Shown here: piece after piece, positions 20,798 through 31,448 of the stretch
How the letters are laid out: each line of letters starts with the position of its first letter
Position numbering within the stretch: the stretch's first letter is position 1
Assembly (NCBI GenBank): GCA_963730605.1
Contig: CAVSSM010000002.1
Location: 320,001 to 384,000 of the forward strand
Source: an uncultured Chlamydiae bacterium
GTDB taxonomy: Bacteria; Chlamydiota; Chlamydiia; Chlamydiales; SM23-39
DNA: 64,000 bases
Direction of reading: 5' to 3'
Program-made: the position numbers and the translations under genes
The notes under the pieces: generated by a model
Seen by the model: only the letters and a program-made list of their open reading frames with translations
Database searches by the model: none
What the model was told of the DNA's origin: nothing

Positions 20798-21943
20798 GGA
20801 GGCAAGGCAGGCGTCTTGCCGCGTCCATGTATTCAGTATGTTGACTATGTAAATTGGCAAAATAGCTCTTTTGAAAAAACTCCGACGGAAAACCAGACGA
20901 CTTGGTGGGTTGAAAAACTACAGGATGCGCCATTTTTTCTAAATTTATCTACCGACAAACAGAGACCACCAATCCAAACCCATAATGGAGCTTTACTTGA
21001 GTTCTTAATATTAGATCATTCCGATTTATCAGATTTAAAAAAATTGGCTCAGAAACATGAATTAACAGTTTTCATGGTTTTATTAGCTGTATTTCATGTG
21101 TTTTTATATCGCTATACTGGTCAAAACGACCTAATTATTGGTATTCCTGTTTCTGGCAGAAGTCACAATGATTTGAATTCTCTTATCGGATGCTTCATTA
21201 ATACATTGGCACTGCGAACTACCTCGAATAGTAAAGGTGCTTTTAGTGAATTTTTAAATTGGATAAGAAAAGAAACTTTCGAAGCATTTAAGAATCAAGA
21301 TGTTCCTTTTGAAAAAGTCATAGAAAAACTTAAAATTGAAAGATCCTTGAGCCATTCTCTCTTATTTCAAGTCATGTTCAATATGCTCCCTCAAATGGAA
21401 ATCAATAAGATTCAAGATCTGCAAGTAAGATTAAAAAATGTCGATCGGAAGATGGCTCATCTTGATCTAAGTTTATCTGTTCAAGAAAACGAAGAACGAC
21501 TTATTGGGATGTTCGAATACAATACAGACCTTTTTTTTAAAAGCACTATTAAGAGAATGGCTAAACATTTCCAGCGGATTCTAAAGGCCATTATTAGAAA
21601 TCCAGACGAGAAGATTTGCAAATTACCATTATTATCTCAATCTGAAATTCACAGACAGACTATTCAATGGAATGAGCAGCCTATTATTTATCATAAAAAT
21701 GAAAATATTATTCAACTAATTGAAAAATGGGTGGAATGTCTACCTGATGCAGTAGCCATTGTATGCAAGGATAAAAGCTACTCGTATCGTGAGATCAATA
21801 CCCAGGCTAACAAAATAGCTCATACCCTCATAAACTCCGGCATACAATCAGAAGATAGAATTGCTGTTTGCTTTGAGAGGTCGGCAGACTTCATTTCAAC
21901 AATTCTTGGGATCCTTAAGGCTGGAGGAGTTTATGTTCCTTTA
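20798..21943 (+). pseudogene. NRPS fragment (second half of a condensation domain + start of an adenylation domain)
   Basis: IQYVDY..WQ, IGCFINTLALR, QDVPFEKV, LFQVMF, EYNTDLF, SYREIN..AN, ILKAGGVYVPL; cut by IS630 (5') and ISAzo13 (3'). Confidence 0.92.
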
Positions 21944-22958
21944 GGGATTGTCTGAGGATAACTCGTACACTTTCATAGGGAAATACCGATTCTTACCATT
22001 GGAGAAATGGTATAATTCCAGTCACCCCGAAATTCATTGAAGGTGATCGCAATCTCTCGAAAATCTTCATCGCTAATCTCTCTGCCTTTTTCATACTCTC
22101 TGAAGTCGATTTGGGCTTGAATTTCTAGCCCTTTGGTCGTTTTTGTGCTACCGATTAACTGCACGATCGCCTCACGGGTGATCAGCGGCACCCCTCTCCA
22201 GTTCTGAGAAATATAGCTGAACATCTTGTGTTCGATTTTATTCCATTTACTTGTCGCTGGCGGGAAATGACATACATGAATTTCTAACCCCAATTCAGCA
22301 GTTCCCACTTCCAAAGCCTCACCCTATTGCCATTGCTGCCACCACAATCGGCAGTTATCATCAACTTGGAGGCATTTCGATAGTCTTTTTTTCCTATTTT
22401 TTGCCACCAACTACGAATCGTATTTACAGCAAATTCAGCAGTGTCGCTCGTAATTCCAACACTGACCCAGCCCTTATTTTTGCCAATATCATATACCCCA
22501 TACGGGGCCACTTTCCCCGCTTCTTTGTCGGAAAAATCATGAACATCGACCTTAACTGGCTCTCCTCGCTTGTGGTATTCTCTCCCGCCATTTTTGAAAT
22601 TCCCAACCAATTCTTTTTTCTTGGTGTCAACGGAAATCACAGGCTGTTTCTCTTGCAAGAATGCATTCGCCTGCTCATTGATGTGTTCAAATTGAGCGTT
22701 TCTGTCCGGCACGGATTTGCCTTCTTTGTCTTTCTTATTCAACTGCAAACTGTACCCGGCCTCCTCTAATAAATTGCCCACCGTAGAGCGACCTACTTCG
22801 TATCCCCGATTTTTGAGCTCTGCGGATAGTTTGCGTAAACTCTTACTGGTCCACCTCAAGGAAACCTCGGGATCTCCTTTGGTGAAAGCCTCAATCAATG
22901 TTTCCAGCACCGATAATATCCCAGGCATTTTGCTCGAAATGGGTTTTGCTCCACCACC
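21944..22958 (-). mobile_element. ISAzo13-family (Rhodopirellula-type DDE) transposase remnant, frameshifted and 5'-truncated
   Basis: ISVDTKKKELVGNFKNGG, ITADCGGSN, HFPPATSKWNKIEH, WNYTI; end GGGATTGTCTGAG. Confidence 0.9.
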
Positions 22959-23738
22959 TGAGGTGGACCCAATCGACTGGACAACTTTTTAGGCTAAACT
23001 AGTTTGCCTCTACCGTTTCGTTTTCCTTCTTTGAGAAGGAACAACGGCTGCTGTCGGTTGAGCAGCCTATCAAAACAACAGATTTACTCACAACTGTTTT
23101 TTAATACACACTCCTTTGCTCTTTGTTCAGAGCTACACATATCTTCAGATCCGCAGGTAAACAGAAGCACGGGGGAACCCCCGTGCGCGCGCGCGGGCGC
23201 GACCCGGTGTTCATTGTGCATAGTGCACCTCGTGAGGTGTTTTGTAGCCGAGCGCCTGGTGTGGTCTCTTGGTGTTGTAGTACTGAAAATAGCTGGCAAG
23301 GCCGATCCTTGCTTCAGGCACGCTTTGGTAGTCTTGCAAATACACGTTCTCATACTTCACCGATCTCCATAGCCGTTCCACGAACACGTTGTCCAAGGCG
23401 CGGCCTCGGCCGTCCATGCTGAAGCGAATATCGCGGCCAATCACCGCCTGAACGAACTCTTTCGAGGTAAATTACACGCCTTGGTCGGTATTGAAGATTT
23501 TGGGCCTCCCGTGCTGTTCTATCGCTTCTTCGAGGGCATCCAGGCAAAAGCTCGTCTCCAAGCTGTTGGAGAGGCGATAGGATAGCACCAGGCGGCTGAA
23601 CCAGTCGATTACAGCGACGAGGTACACAAACCCGTTTGGCAGCCGAATATACGTGATATCCGTGCTCCAGGCAATCAACGGCGCCATCAACACCAAGCCG
23701 CACCCGGAGCACATCAAATTTCCCTACCTGCTGGGGCG
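22959..23738 (-). mobile_element. IS3-family remnant (integrase core, frameshifted)
   Basis: WSTDITYI, YLVAVIDWFSR, FNTDQG, MDGRGRALDNVFVERLWRSVKYE, YYNTKRPHQAL; terminal TG at 22959. Confidence 0.9.
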
Positions 23739-23875
23739 TCTTTAACGAGGATGCCCCAATTCGCATGCTGGTATTTCTTTTGCCGCATGATGTTTTCGAC
23801 CTTAGGAGGAAGCGGGAGCGAATAGATAGCTGTAAAGCAAGAGAGGATAAGAAGAAGGGATATAGGGTTAGACAT
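23737..23875 (-). pseudogene. dacB: N-terminal fragment of PBP4 (signal peptide + first strand)
   Basis: MSNPISLLLILSCFTAIYSLPLPPKVENIMRQKKYQHANWGILVKD resembles S13 N-termini; same strand as the C-terminal piece at 13.7 kb. Confidence 0.6.
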
Positions 23876-23886
23876 CGATAGACCTT

Positions 23887-24651
23887 TTAGAAATTTTCGT
23901 GGGTGTAGGAGCCGCGGGCGTAAATGAGCCGCTCCCATCCCCGGTTTTTCATCGCGGAAAACGCCCGCTTTTCCCAAACATCGCCCCGGGGAAAATGGCT
24001 GCTGTCAGGGCGGATCTCCCCGTAGATCGGCTGCCTGAAATCGCTCGTCTTGACGAGGAACATCTGATCGGAAAAGCCCTCTTTGGCGAGATAAAAATTC
24101 CATTCCCTCTTATAAGACTCTTTGCGCGCCTCATGAACCCGACCATTCCAAACGAGGTTTGCCACTTTAAGGAAAGCCGATTTCTCCATGCGCCGTATCG
24201 ATTGACCGATCCAATCGACCTTTTTATCGAGTTTAACGTCGCCTGTCAAGTAAAGCAAGTACTCGGACCTTGCGGCATAGAGAGCGGAGAGCGGCCCCAA
24301 AGCGTTGTAATAGATCCAGTCGGGGTTGACGCCAATATAGTTGGGAGCGTCAGGCCCGACCCGGAAATCGGCCCGCTCAAGCTGGAAGAAAGAGAGAGCT
24401 GTGGGCGCGATTTCATCGGAGAGGCAATACCCTGTCAGGGTGCCATCTGCCACTTTAGCCTCCGCCGCCGCCCGGACGGCGGACGGATCCGATACGTTAT
24501 TGATCACGAGGAGCCTTTCTGAAAACGGGAAGGAGTGGTTGCCGATCTGCCGCACTCGCAGGTAATCGGGATCAAGGAGAACATGACGCCAGTCCTTATC
24601 CCAGACAGAGGTTGCGAAGGTAACCGATGGAAGTACCGATCTTCTAAACAT
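23887..24651 (-). CDS. Hypothetical protein (possibly a divergent GT-A glycosyltransferase fold)
   Basis: Long ORF with core-like codon usage; likely start MFRRSVL; EYLLYLTGDV strand. Confidence 0.6.
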   Translation of the reverse strand: MFRRSVLPSVTFATSVWDKDWRHVLLDPDYLRVRQIGNHSFPFSERLLVINNVSDPSAVRAAAEAKVADGTLTGYCLSDEIAPTALSFFQLERADFRVGPDAPNYIGVNPDWIYYNALGPLSALYAARSEYLLYLTGDVKLDKKVDWIGQSIRRMEKSAFLKVANLVWNGRVHEARKESYKREWNFYLAKEGFSDQMFLVKTSDFRQPIYGEIRPDSSHFPRGDVWEKRAFSAMKNRGWERLIYARGSYTHENF

Positions 24652-24988
24652 ACTATGAATGTACCACCACACGCAGAACTGACGTATTAAAATAGTAGGA
24701 CCAGAGAGACGGTCCAAAAAATCGTTGGATCTAAGCTGCTCTGCATTCCCTCCAATAATCTCGCCAATATCCATTCGCTCGTGCTGTTCGCAGATGAGAC
24801 TCCTTCCCAATCCCAACAAAGCGAGGATGCAGGGAAAAAAGAAATGATCGATACCCATATGGCCCAATAAATTAATTACATCTTTCAAAACAAAATAAAT
24901 GAATAAAATGTTTAATTTGATCATATTCACAATTAGTTGATTATTTGTCTCACAAATCATATAATGACTCTATTTAAAGGATGCTGCA

Positions 24989-25238
24989 ATGGTTTATATA
25001 CGAGCTCAAGAAGGTCCAGCAAACATTGGCGAAAGCAAACCAACCGTCCAATATTTTGATGAACAAGGAAATATGATCATCAGGAGCGGCGGAACTTGGG
25101 CTTGGAGAAATAATAAACCCAGGCAATATGGTTGCCAATCATTACACCATGGGAGCGGAACGTTCATCAAAAGCTATCGGAAAAGCAGGAGGTTTTGCAA
25201 TATATTCTGATTACAAAACTGGTCATCAAGCTTTGGTT
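24989..25238 (+). pseudogene. RNNNPGN-motif (lysozyme-like/muralytic) protein fragment, frameshifted and IS5-interrupted
   Basis: GGTWAWRNN(+1 A)NPGNM...GGFAIYSDYKTGHQAL after correcting one extra A. Confidence 0.65.
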
Positions 25239-26153
25239 GAGCCTATCCCTCCTTGTTAAATAAATTCTTTATGTGATACCGTATTTGCCCTGATTTTAAA
25301 GGAGTTGTATCGATGGGCAAGTTCGTAGGACTTAACGATCATGAATGGGCTGTTATAGAACCGTTGATTCCTTATCCGTGGGGAATAGCAGTAAGCGGAA
25401 CGCAACCAATGCATCCAAGAAAAGTTCTCAATACCTTGATTTGGGTGCTGACAACCGGAGCGCGTTGGTGCGACGTGCCGACCGGTGAACAATGGGCGTC
25501 GAAATCTTGTGCACATCGATATCTGGGATTGTGGAAAGAGAATGGAATTCTAGAGCGCGTACTCGCTGCATTGCAGGAAGTTTGTCTGGAGTGGAAAATG
25601 ATCGATTTAACCCGATTGGCAATTGATGGTTTTTTTTCTGCTGGGAAGGGAGGCGGAGAAAAAGTAGACCATGGTTACAAAGGAAAAGGCGTTACCACTC
25701 ACCTGCTTGTCGACGGTTTAGGTCAACCTCTTAGGACCACAAGTACGGGGGCTGCCGGTGATGAACGAAAGGAGGTGATTCCCCTGATAAAAAAAAATCA
25801 GCGGGTGGCTAAAGCCTCTCGTAGCACGCGGAATAACACCGATCGTGGAAGCAGATAAGGGGTATGATGCGGAAGAATTGCGGTTGCAAATTTTGGCGAT
25901 GAAGTTATTTCCGTATATCCCTCACCGAAGAATGGGACGGGACAACGCGGAACAACAAACGAAAGTCCTAGAAAACCACCGATGGAAAGTGGAGCGAGGA
26001 ATCTCGTGGTTACAACGAAAATACCGACGATTGGTTGTGCGATGGGAAAGAAGAATGAGATATTGGGAAGGTTTTTTGATGCTCGGCGTATTACTTTACT
26101 GGGTGAGAGAATGTGTTTTGTTTGGATTAGGTTAATGAGTAGGGGATAGGCTC
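25239..26153 (+). mobile_element. IS5-family element, 915 bp, two-ORF transposase (25313-25858 / 25845-26135)
   Basis: TIR GAGCCTATCCC/GGGATAGGCTC; TGARWCDVP, ADKGYD, RWKVERGISW; A9 run near 25790 as the likely frameshift site. Confidence 0.92.
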
Positions 26154-26180
26154 TTGAAGCTCTGGTCAGCAATAGTGCTT

Positions 26181-28046
26181 TCATAATTTTTTAGTTCTAT
26201 AGGCCTGTTGAGGGTGTGCTGGATTATCAGGAAATACTAATTCTAACTCTCCCAATTCAACCATAGGAGTTAAGTAATAATCGCGCACATAGCGATGATT
26301 TCTTTTTAAAAGAAGAGCTATTTCACTAGGTTTGAAAGGACGTGATAAACAGAGGTTTTTAATTACCTCTTTGACTTTATCGGGAGGCGTTCTTATGCCG
26401 ATTTTTCGAACCATTTCTGTTAAGTCATAACTTAGCTCGGACAAGGGTCTTATATGGGGAGTTAACCCCTCAGATAACGGGCTTGTATGAGGGGTTAACC
26501 CCTCAGATAACGGGCTTGTATGAGGGGTTTCGAGTATTGTCCCCGGGGCTAATAACCGATTAGTGGGAACATAGAAGGTGGTATTTCCCCGCCCTTTTTG
26601 GTCCAGTAATCCAAGATCTCTCAGTCGTCTTAAATGACTGCTTGCGGCTAAAGTATCGACACCGTTGATAGTCCTACATTCGGCGTTGGAGATAGAGCCT
26701 TTTTCTCTAACAACAATTAGAGTCCTCGCCTCTTCATCGTTTAGGTTGTGTTCTTTGAATGATCGGAGCCATTCAATATCTCGCTTGTCAAAAAGATGGT
26801 GGGGAAGCAGAGTTAATACAAACAAATTGCTGGAACGATCCGACTGAATCAAGGGAACTGACAGATTTGCCTTTTTCATCTCATCGCGCATTGTTCCAAT
26901 ACCCGTTCCTTTTCCTTCAGCATAATGAATATCGCGAAATACTTGGGCGAGAATGGGATTTCTCGTCATTGACCCAGGAAGCCCTAACTCTTCTTGCGGT
27001 TTTAGAGAATAGCCAACATTGCGAAATTCCGTGCGATTCGCATATTTAATGATTTGTGTAGGGCTGATCACTCGATAGTCTTTGTGCATCAAAGCATTGA
27101 CTACACATTCTCGAATGACTTTTCGGGGAATGATGGGGTTGTCTTTTCTTCTGATTTCGTCATCTTCTAGAGCAAAAACCTGAGGAATATCCATCATAAT
27201 CTGACTGATGAGGCGAGGAATACCAGTAACCAGGGCTTCGGCCATTTCAAAAGCTGTATAACGCTTCTCCGAATCGGTAATCCATTCTCTCCCCTCGACA
27301 AGCATATAGTCTACTTGGGTCATCAAAGGAAATAGCCGTCTGAGCGACATTTGTTTCCCAAAGAGAAGAATCCCTCCTATTGTGGGTAGGGAAGCGCCCT
27401 TTTCTGTTTCAATCGCACGCACAGCTTTCAATAAATCTTCATCACTATAACGAAGCTCTGTTGCATCTGCTTTGACTTTGGTTCTTTCATAACGGTACCA
27501 TTTAATAGCTTCAGGCTCAAAATCTTCAAAGGAGGCGTTTCCGACGAGAGTCTCATCGTATTTCCTCTTTGAACGAAGTTGGAAAAGCAGATCTAAGTCT
27601 TCTCGGGTGCATAACTGATCCGAAGAACCAATCCGTCGATAGGTGCCCGCATCCAATCCTTGTTTTTTGATATAGACTGGTTTGTCATGACTCATGGCTT
27701 CTTCAACGTAGACTAATAGGATAGCACCCTGAGCATGAGGAATTGTTTTAATGATCGGCCGAATGGGAATGCTGAATAATTCACGACATTGGGAAGCGAT
27801 ATCTAATTGAAGCTGATCTGGATCAGGGACGCCAGTCATATTGTATTTCGGTTCATCATTGTCTTCATTCCTTGAGATCCCGAGTAAGATATAGCCTCCA
27901 CCGAGGCCGGGTTCATTGCTGAAAGAAGAAACCGTTTGACGAAAGCTTTTATCGACTCCATTCGCCGCCGATTTCGCCTCAATGCGATCGGTCTCATCAG
28001 CATCTTGCAGCAAGCTGAAGAGTTCGTTAAAACTCATTACATCCAC
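26181..28046 (-). CDS. AlbA_2 (Schlafen-like) + HATPase_c_4 + wHTH protein
   Basis: IEAK..TVSSFSN..GGGYILLGI; IRECVVNALMHKDY; RNPILA..EGKGTGI; C-terminal PDNPAHPQQAY. Confidence 0.88.
   Translation of the reverse strand: MDVMSFNELFSLLQDADETDRIEAKSAANGVDKSFRQTVSSFSNEPGLGGGYILLGISRNEDNDEPKYNMTGVPDPDQLQLDIASQCRELFSIPIRPIIKTIPHAQGAILLVYVEEAMSHDKPVYIKKQGLDAGTYRRIGSSDQLCTREDLDLLFQLRSKRKYDETLVGNASFEDFEPEAIKWYRYERTKVKADATELRYSDEDLLKAVRAIETEKGASLPTIGGILLFGKQMSLRRLFPLMTQVDYMLVEGREWITDSEKRYTAFEMAEALVTGIPRLISQIMMDIPQVFALEDDEIRRKDNPIIPRKVIRECVVNALMHKDYRVISPTQIIKYANRTEFRNVGYSLKPQEELGLPGSMTRNPILAQVFRDIHYAEGKGTGIGTMRDEMKKANLSVPLIQSDRSSNLFVLTLLPHHLFDKRDIEWLRSFKEHNLNDEEARTLIVVREKGSISNAECRTINGVDTLAASSHLRRLRDLGLLDQKGRGNTTFYVPTNRLLAPGTILETPHTSPLSEGLTPHTSPLSEGLTPHIRPLSELSYDLTEMVRKIGIRTPPDKVKEVIKNLCLSRPFKPSEIALLLKRNHRYVRDYYLTPMVELGELELVFPDNPAHPQQAYRTKKL
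26461..26526. repeat. 33-bp tandem duplication (TPHTSPLSEGL x2) in the AlbA protein linker
   Basis: GTTAACCCCTCAGATAACGGGCTTGTATGAGGG repeated twice. Confidence 0.9.
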
Positions 28047-28256
28047 TTTAGGCTCCCTGGGGAGATGCGATATTGTCGCCGCGCTAACTACTTGCGTTTA
28101 TGGCGCAAATTCCCTATGAGTCACAAACATCACAAGTGTCGCAGCATCTTATCATATGAAGCTGAAAAAAACCAAAAATATGTTTACGCCAGTTTCATTT
28201 GGTTTAGTTCGTAAAATTTGCGTAAATGAACATGGAATTTTGAGTTCATTTGTCTA

Positions 28257-28610
28257 TAGAAAATTGAGAAAGAATCGCCCGTGTTCAATTCTCTCCTGCG
28301 ATGCGACGCGAAAGCGAAGCTGAAGCGCTCATCGAAGCCGGTGCCCGCTGAGACACAGCAGAATCGCGGCACAGGCGTGAAGACTGCGGAATCACAAAAA
28401 AAAGCGGGTTCGCTCTTTTTTGTTGCGGAGCAGTGCTTTGCACGGCGAACGGCGAGCACGCGATAGGGTAAGCATTGAGCGAACCCGGTCTGTAAAGTCT
28501 CAATAGGGCCACTGGGCGTGCGGGAGCGTAGCGGAAAGGGGCCCCCGAACGTCTCGTTTGGGGAAAGTCCGCTTTGCCCCCCGACCGTCTATTCTTCTTT
28601 ATGTTTTTAA
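28257..28610. mobile_element. Degenerate hairpin-rich MITE-like element upstream of mutS
   Basis: Contains AAAAAAGCGGGTTCGCTCTTTTTT and GGGGCCCCCGAACGTCTCGTTTGGGG, resembling hairpins of the MITEs at 41.6/44.3/59.9 kb; only weak terminal IR. Confidence 0.45.
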
Positions 28611-28662
28611 ACGGAGTCGAATTTGCCATTTTTTTGGTTAAGAGATTAGAATAGCTTCCTCC

Positions 28663-31212
28663 ATGAACCAGAACACGCCTCCGACTCCCATGATGGCGCA
28701 ATGGCAGGCATGCAAAGCCGAGGCCAAAGACGCGCTCCTTTTTTTCCGCCTCGGCGATTTCTATGAGGCCTTCTATGAAGATGCCCAGGTGATTGCGAAG
28801 GAGATCAACCTCACCCTGACATCCCGTCAAGAGATTCCTATGTGCGGCGTCCCGTTCCACACCTCCGAAGCTTATATCGACAAATTGATCGCTAAGGGAT
28901 ACAAAATCGCAATCGCAGAACAGATGGAAGATCCTAAGCAAGCAAAAGGGATCATCAAGAGAAAAATCACCCGGATCATAACACCCGGCACCATCGTCTC
29001 TTCCCAACTTTTATCCGATAAGCGGAACAACTTCTTCGCAAGCCTTACGATAGTGGAGGAAACCTTAGGTTTGAGTTATCTCGACCTTTCGACCGGAGAG
29101 TTCACTGCGATCGAGTTTATCGAAGAGACTCTTCTTCTCGATGAACTCCACCGCCTCCGGCCTTCTGAATTTTTGGCCTCGAAGAACTTCGTCGCCGCTC
29201 ATCCTCGCTTCTTCGAAGAGCTGTCCCATGCCTTCCCCTTCCTACTGAATCAAAAAGAAGACCCGCGCTTGCCTTTAGAGACCCTCTCTTTGCATTTCGA
29301 TGTGCCCAATCTGGAAGGTTTTGGGTTGAAAGCAAGATCTGCGGCGGTATCGGCTGCAGGAATGCTGATTCTCCATCTCAAAGAAGACCTCAACCTCAGC
29401 CTCGAGCAGGTCAGGACGATCCAAACAGAGAGGCATTCGGAGTTCATGGCGATCGACCGGATGACGCTCCGCCATCTCGAATTGACCGAATCGGCAGGAG
29501 GCGGGAAAAATACGCTGCTCGATTTCTTGGACGAAACTTCCACTCCGATGGGGGGCCGGTTGCTCTCTTCCTGGCTCAAACGGCCGCTTCTTTCTTGCTC
29601 TGAAATCGTTCGGCGTCAAAACGGAGTCGCCGCGTTTCTCCTTTCATCCGAAAAAGCAGAAGAGATCCGTCTAACACTATCGCAAGTGCGGGACGTCGAG
29701 AGGCTCATGATGAAGATCGTGGCCAGGATGGCAAATCCCCGCGATCTCTATGCGCTTGGGCTCTCCCTTTCCCATCTGCCTCGTTTGAAAGAAACCCTTC
29801 TTGGATTTGAGTCTTCCGAGATCAAAGTGGAGGCCCAGGCCATTTTCGATGCCAACTCGCTTGCCCAAAAAATCCTTTCCGCCATGAAGGATTCTCCTCC
29901 GCTTCGCATCGGCGAAGGGGAGATTTTCCAAGATGGGTTTCATCCTGAGCTCGACCGGTTGAGAGGGCTTTCGAAAGAATCGTTCAGTTGGATGGCCCGC
30001 TATCAAACCACCTTGCGGGAAGAGACCGGGATCAAAACCCTCAAAGTGGGATTTACAAGAGCTTTTGGCTACTATATCGAAGTGAGCCGCGCCTCCAGCG
30101 AAAAAGTCCCACCCTCCTTCCAACGCCGTCAGACGCTTGTGAACGGAGAGAGATTCGTCACAGAAGAATTGAAAAGGTTCGAACATCAGGTGCTGACCGC
30201 TGAAGAGCGCGCTGTAGCTTTGGAGGCGGAAGAGTTCGAGCGCCTCCGCTCCGATGTGGCCAAAGAGTCTGCCTCCATCTCAGCTGCTTCAAAGGCCATC
30301 GCCCGGATCGATGTCCTTCTCTCGCTTGCCCGAGTGGCAATTACGCATCGTTTCGTCCGCCCCGCGGTCGACACGTCCGACCTTCTCGAGATCAAAGAAG
30401 GGCGCCACCCCATTGTCGAGCGGGCTATCGGCGCCTCTTCCTACATCCCGAACGATACTTGGCTTAAGCGTGAAAAGCAGATGATGCTCATCACCGGGCC
30501 GAATATGGCCGGTAAGTCGACCTACATCCGCCAAGTTGCGATCATTGCAATTCTCGCTCAAATGGGTTCCTACGTTCCCGCAGCAGGCGCTCATATCGGT
30601 CTTATCGACAAAGTCTTTTCCCGGATCGGGGCGAGCGACGACCTTTCGCGGGGCCAGTCGACCTTTATGGTCGAGATGAGCGAGACAGCGAACATCCTCA
30701 ACAACGCCACCTCTCGTTCTCTTGTCCTCCTTGATGAGATCGGTCGCGGGACCAGCACCTACGACGGGATTTCGATCGCATGGGCGGTCGCTGAATTTCT
30801 CCTCACCACACCAAGAGCTCAAGCAAAAACGCTCTTTGCGACCCATTACTGGGAACTGACGCAATTAGAAGCCGAATTTCCGCATGCGATGAATTTCCAA
30901 ACCGCTGTGCAAGAGGTCCCTTCGGGCATCGTTTTCTTAAGGAAAATCATTAAAGGGGGCACGGATAAAAGCTACGGCATCCATGTGGCCAAGCTGGCAG
31001 GCCTTCCGAAAAAGGCGATCGCCCGCGCCGAGGAGATGCTGCAGAAGCTCGAAGCGAGATCCCCTCGCAAGATAAAAACCGATGAGCAGCTTTTCCTCTT
31101 CAAGCCGCCCGAAGATCCAATGATGGCCGAGCTCAAGTCGCTCGATTTGAACCAGGTTTCTCCCTTCCAGGCCCTCCAAAAACTCATGGAGTGGCAAGGG
31201 CGTTTGTCTTGA
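28663..31212 (+). CDS. mutS: DNA mismatch repair protein MutS
   Basis: TPMMAQW, FRLGDFYE, GPNMAGKST, STFMVEM, DEIGRGT. Confidence 0.98.
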   Translation: MNQNTPPTPMMAQWQACKAEAKDALLFFRLGDFYEAFYEDAQVIAKEINLTLTSRQEIPMCGVPFHTSEAYIDKLIAKGYKIAIAEQMEDPKQAKGIIKRKITRIITPGTIVSSQLLSDKRNNFFASLTIVEETLGLSYLDLSTGEFTAIEFIEETLLLDELHRLRPSEFLASKNFVAAHPRFFEELSHAFPFLLNQKEDPRLPLETLSLHFDVPNLEGFGLKARSAAVSAAGMLILHLKEDLNLSLEQVRTIQTERHSEFMAIDRMTLRHLELTESAGGGKNTLLDFLDETSTPMGGRLLSSWLKRPLLSCSEIVRRQNGVAAFLLSSEKAEEIRLTLSQVRDVERLMMKIVARMANPRDLYALGLSLSHLPRLKETLLGFESSEIKVEAQAIFDANSLAQKILSAMKDSPPLRIGEGEIFQDGFHPELDRLRGLSKESFSWMARYQTTLREETGIKTLKVGFTRAFGYYIEVSRASSEKVPPSFQRRQTLVNGERFVTEELKRFEHQVLTAEERAVALEAEEFERLRSDVAKESASISAASKAIARIDVLLSLARVAITHRFVRPAVDTSDLLEIKEGRHPIVERAIGASSYIPNDTWLKREKQMMLITGPNMAGKSTYIRQVAIIAILAQMGSYVPAAGAHIGLIDKVFSRIGASDDLSRGQSTFMVEMSETANILNNATSRSLVLLDEIGRGTSTYDGISIAWAVAEFLLTTPRAQAKTLFATHYWELTQLEAEFPHAMNFQTAVQEVPSGIVFLRKIIKGGTDKSYGIHVAKLAGLPKKAIARAEEMLQKLEARSPRKIKTDEQLFLFKPPEDPMMAELKSLDLNQVSPFQALQKLMEWQGRLS

Positions 31213-31448
31213 CGATCGCAGCTCTGTCAATAGACCAGCGCGGCCGAGCCAGGTTATCCCGATATTTTTGAGCTTCTGTGCGGCACCTGCTTTGACTCTC
31301 CAATCTCTTTAAATCCGAACGCTCTTTATTCATTGAAATCTAATAACTTACGATTAAATAAAAAAGAATGCGCAAAAATCAAATAAAATATTTAATTAAA
31401 TTAAATATTTAGTTATAATATTTTTATAAAAACAAAAAAGAGATACTT

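Noticed and set aside
20816..21955. Functional stand-alone NRPS gene
   Set aside because: It lacks the HHxxxDG half of the C domain, most of the A domain and a carrier domain; both ends are IS junctions.
24652..24960. Upstream extension of the 357-aa ORF
   Set aside because: It runs into AT-rich divergent promoter sequence from a non-ATG start; composition changes near 24650.
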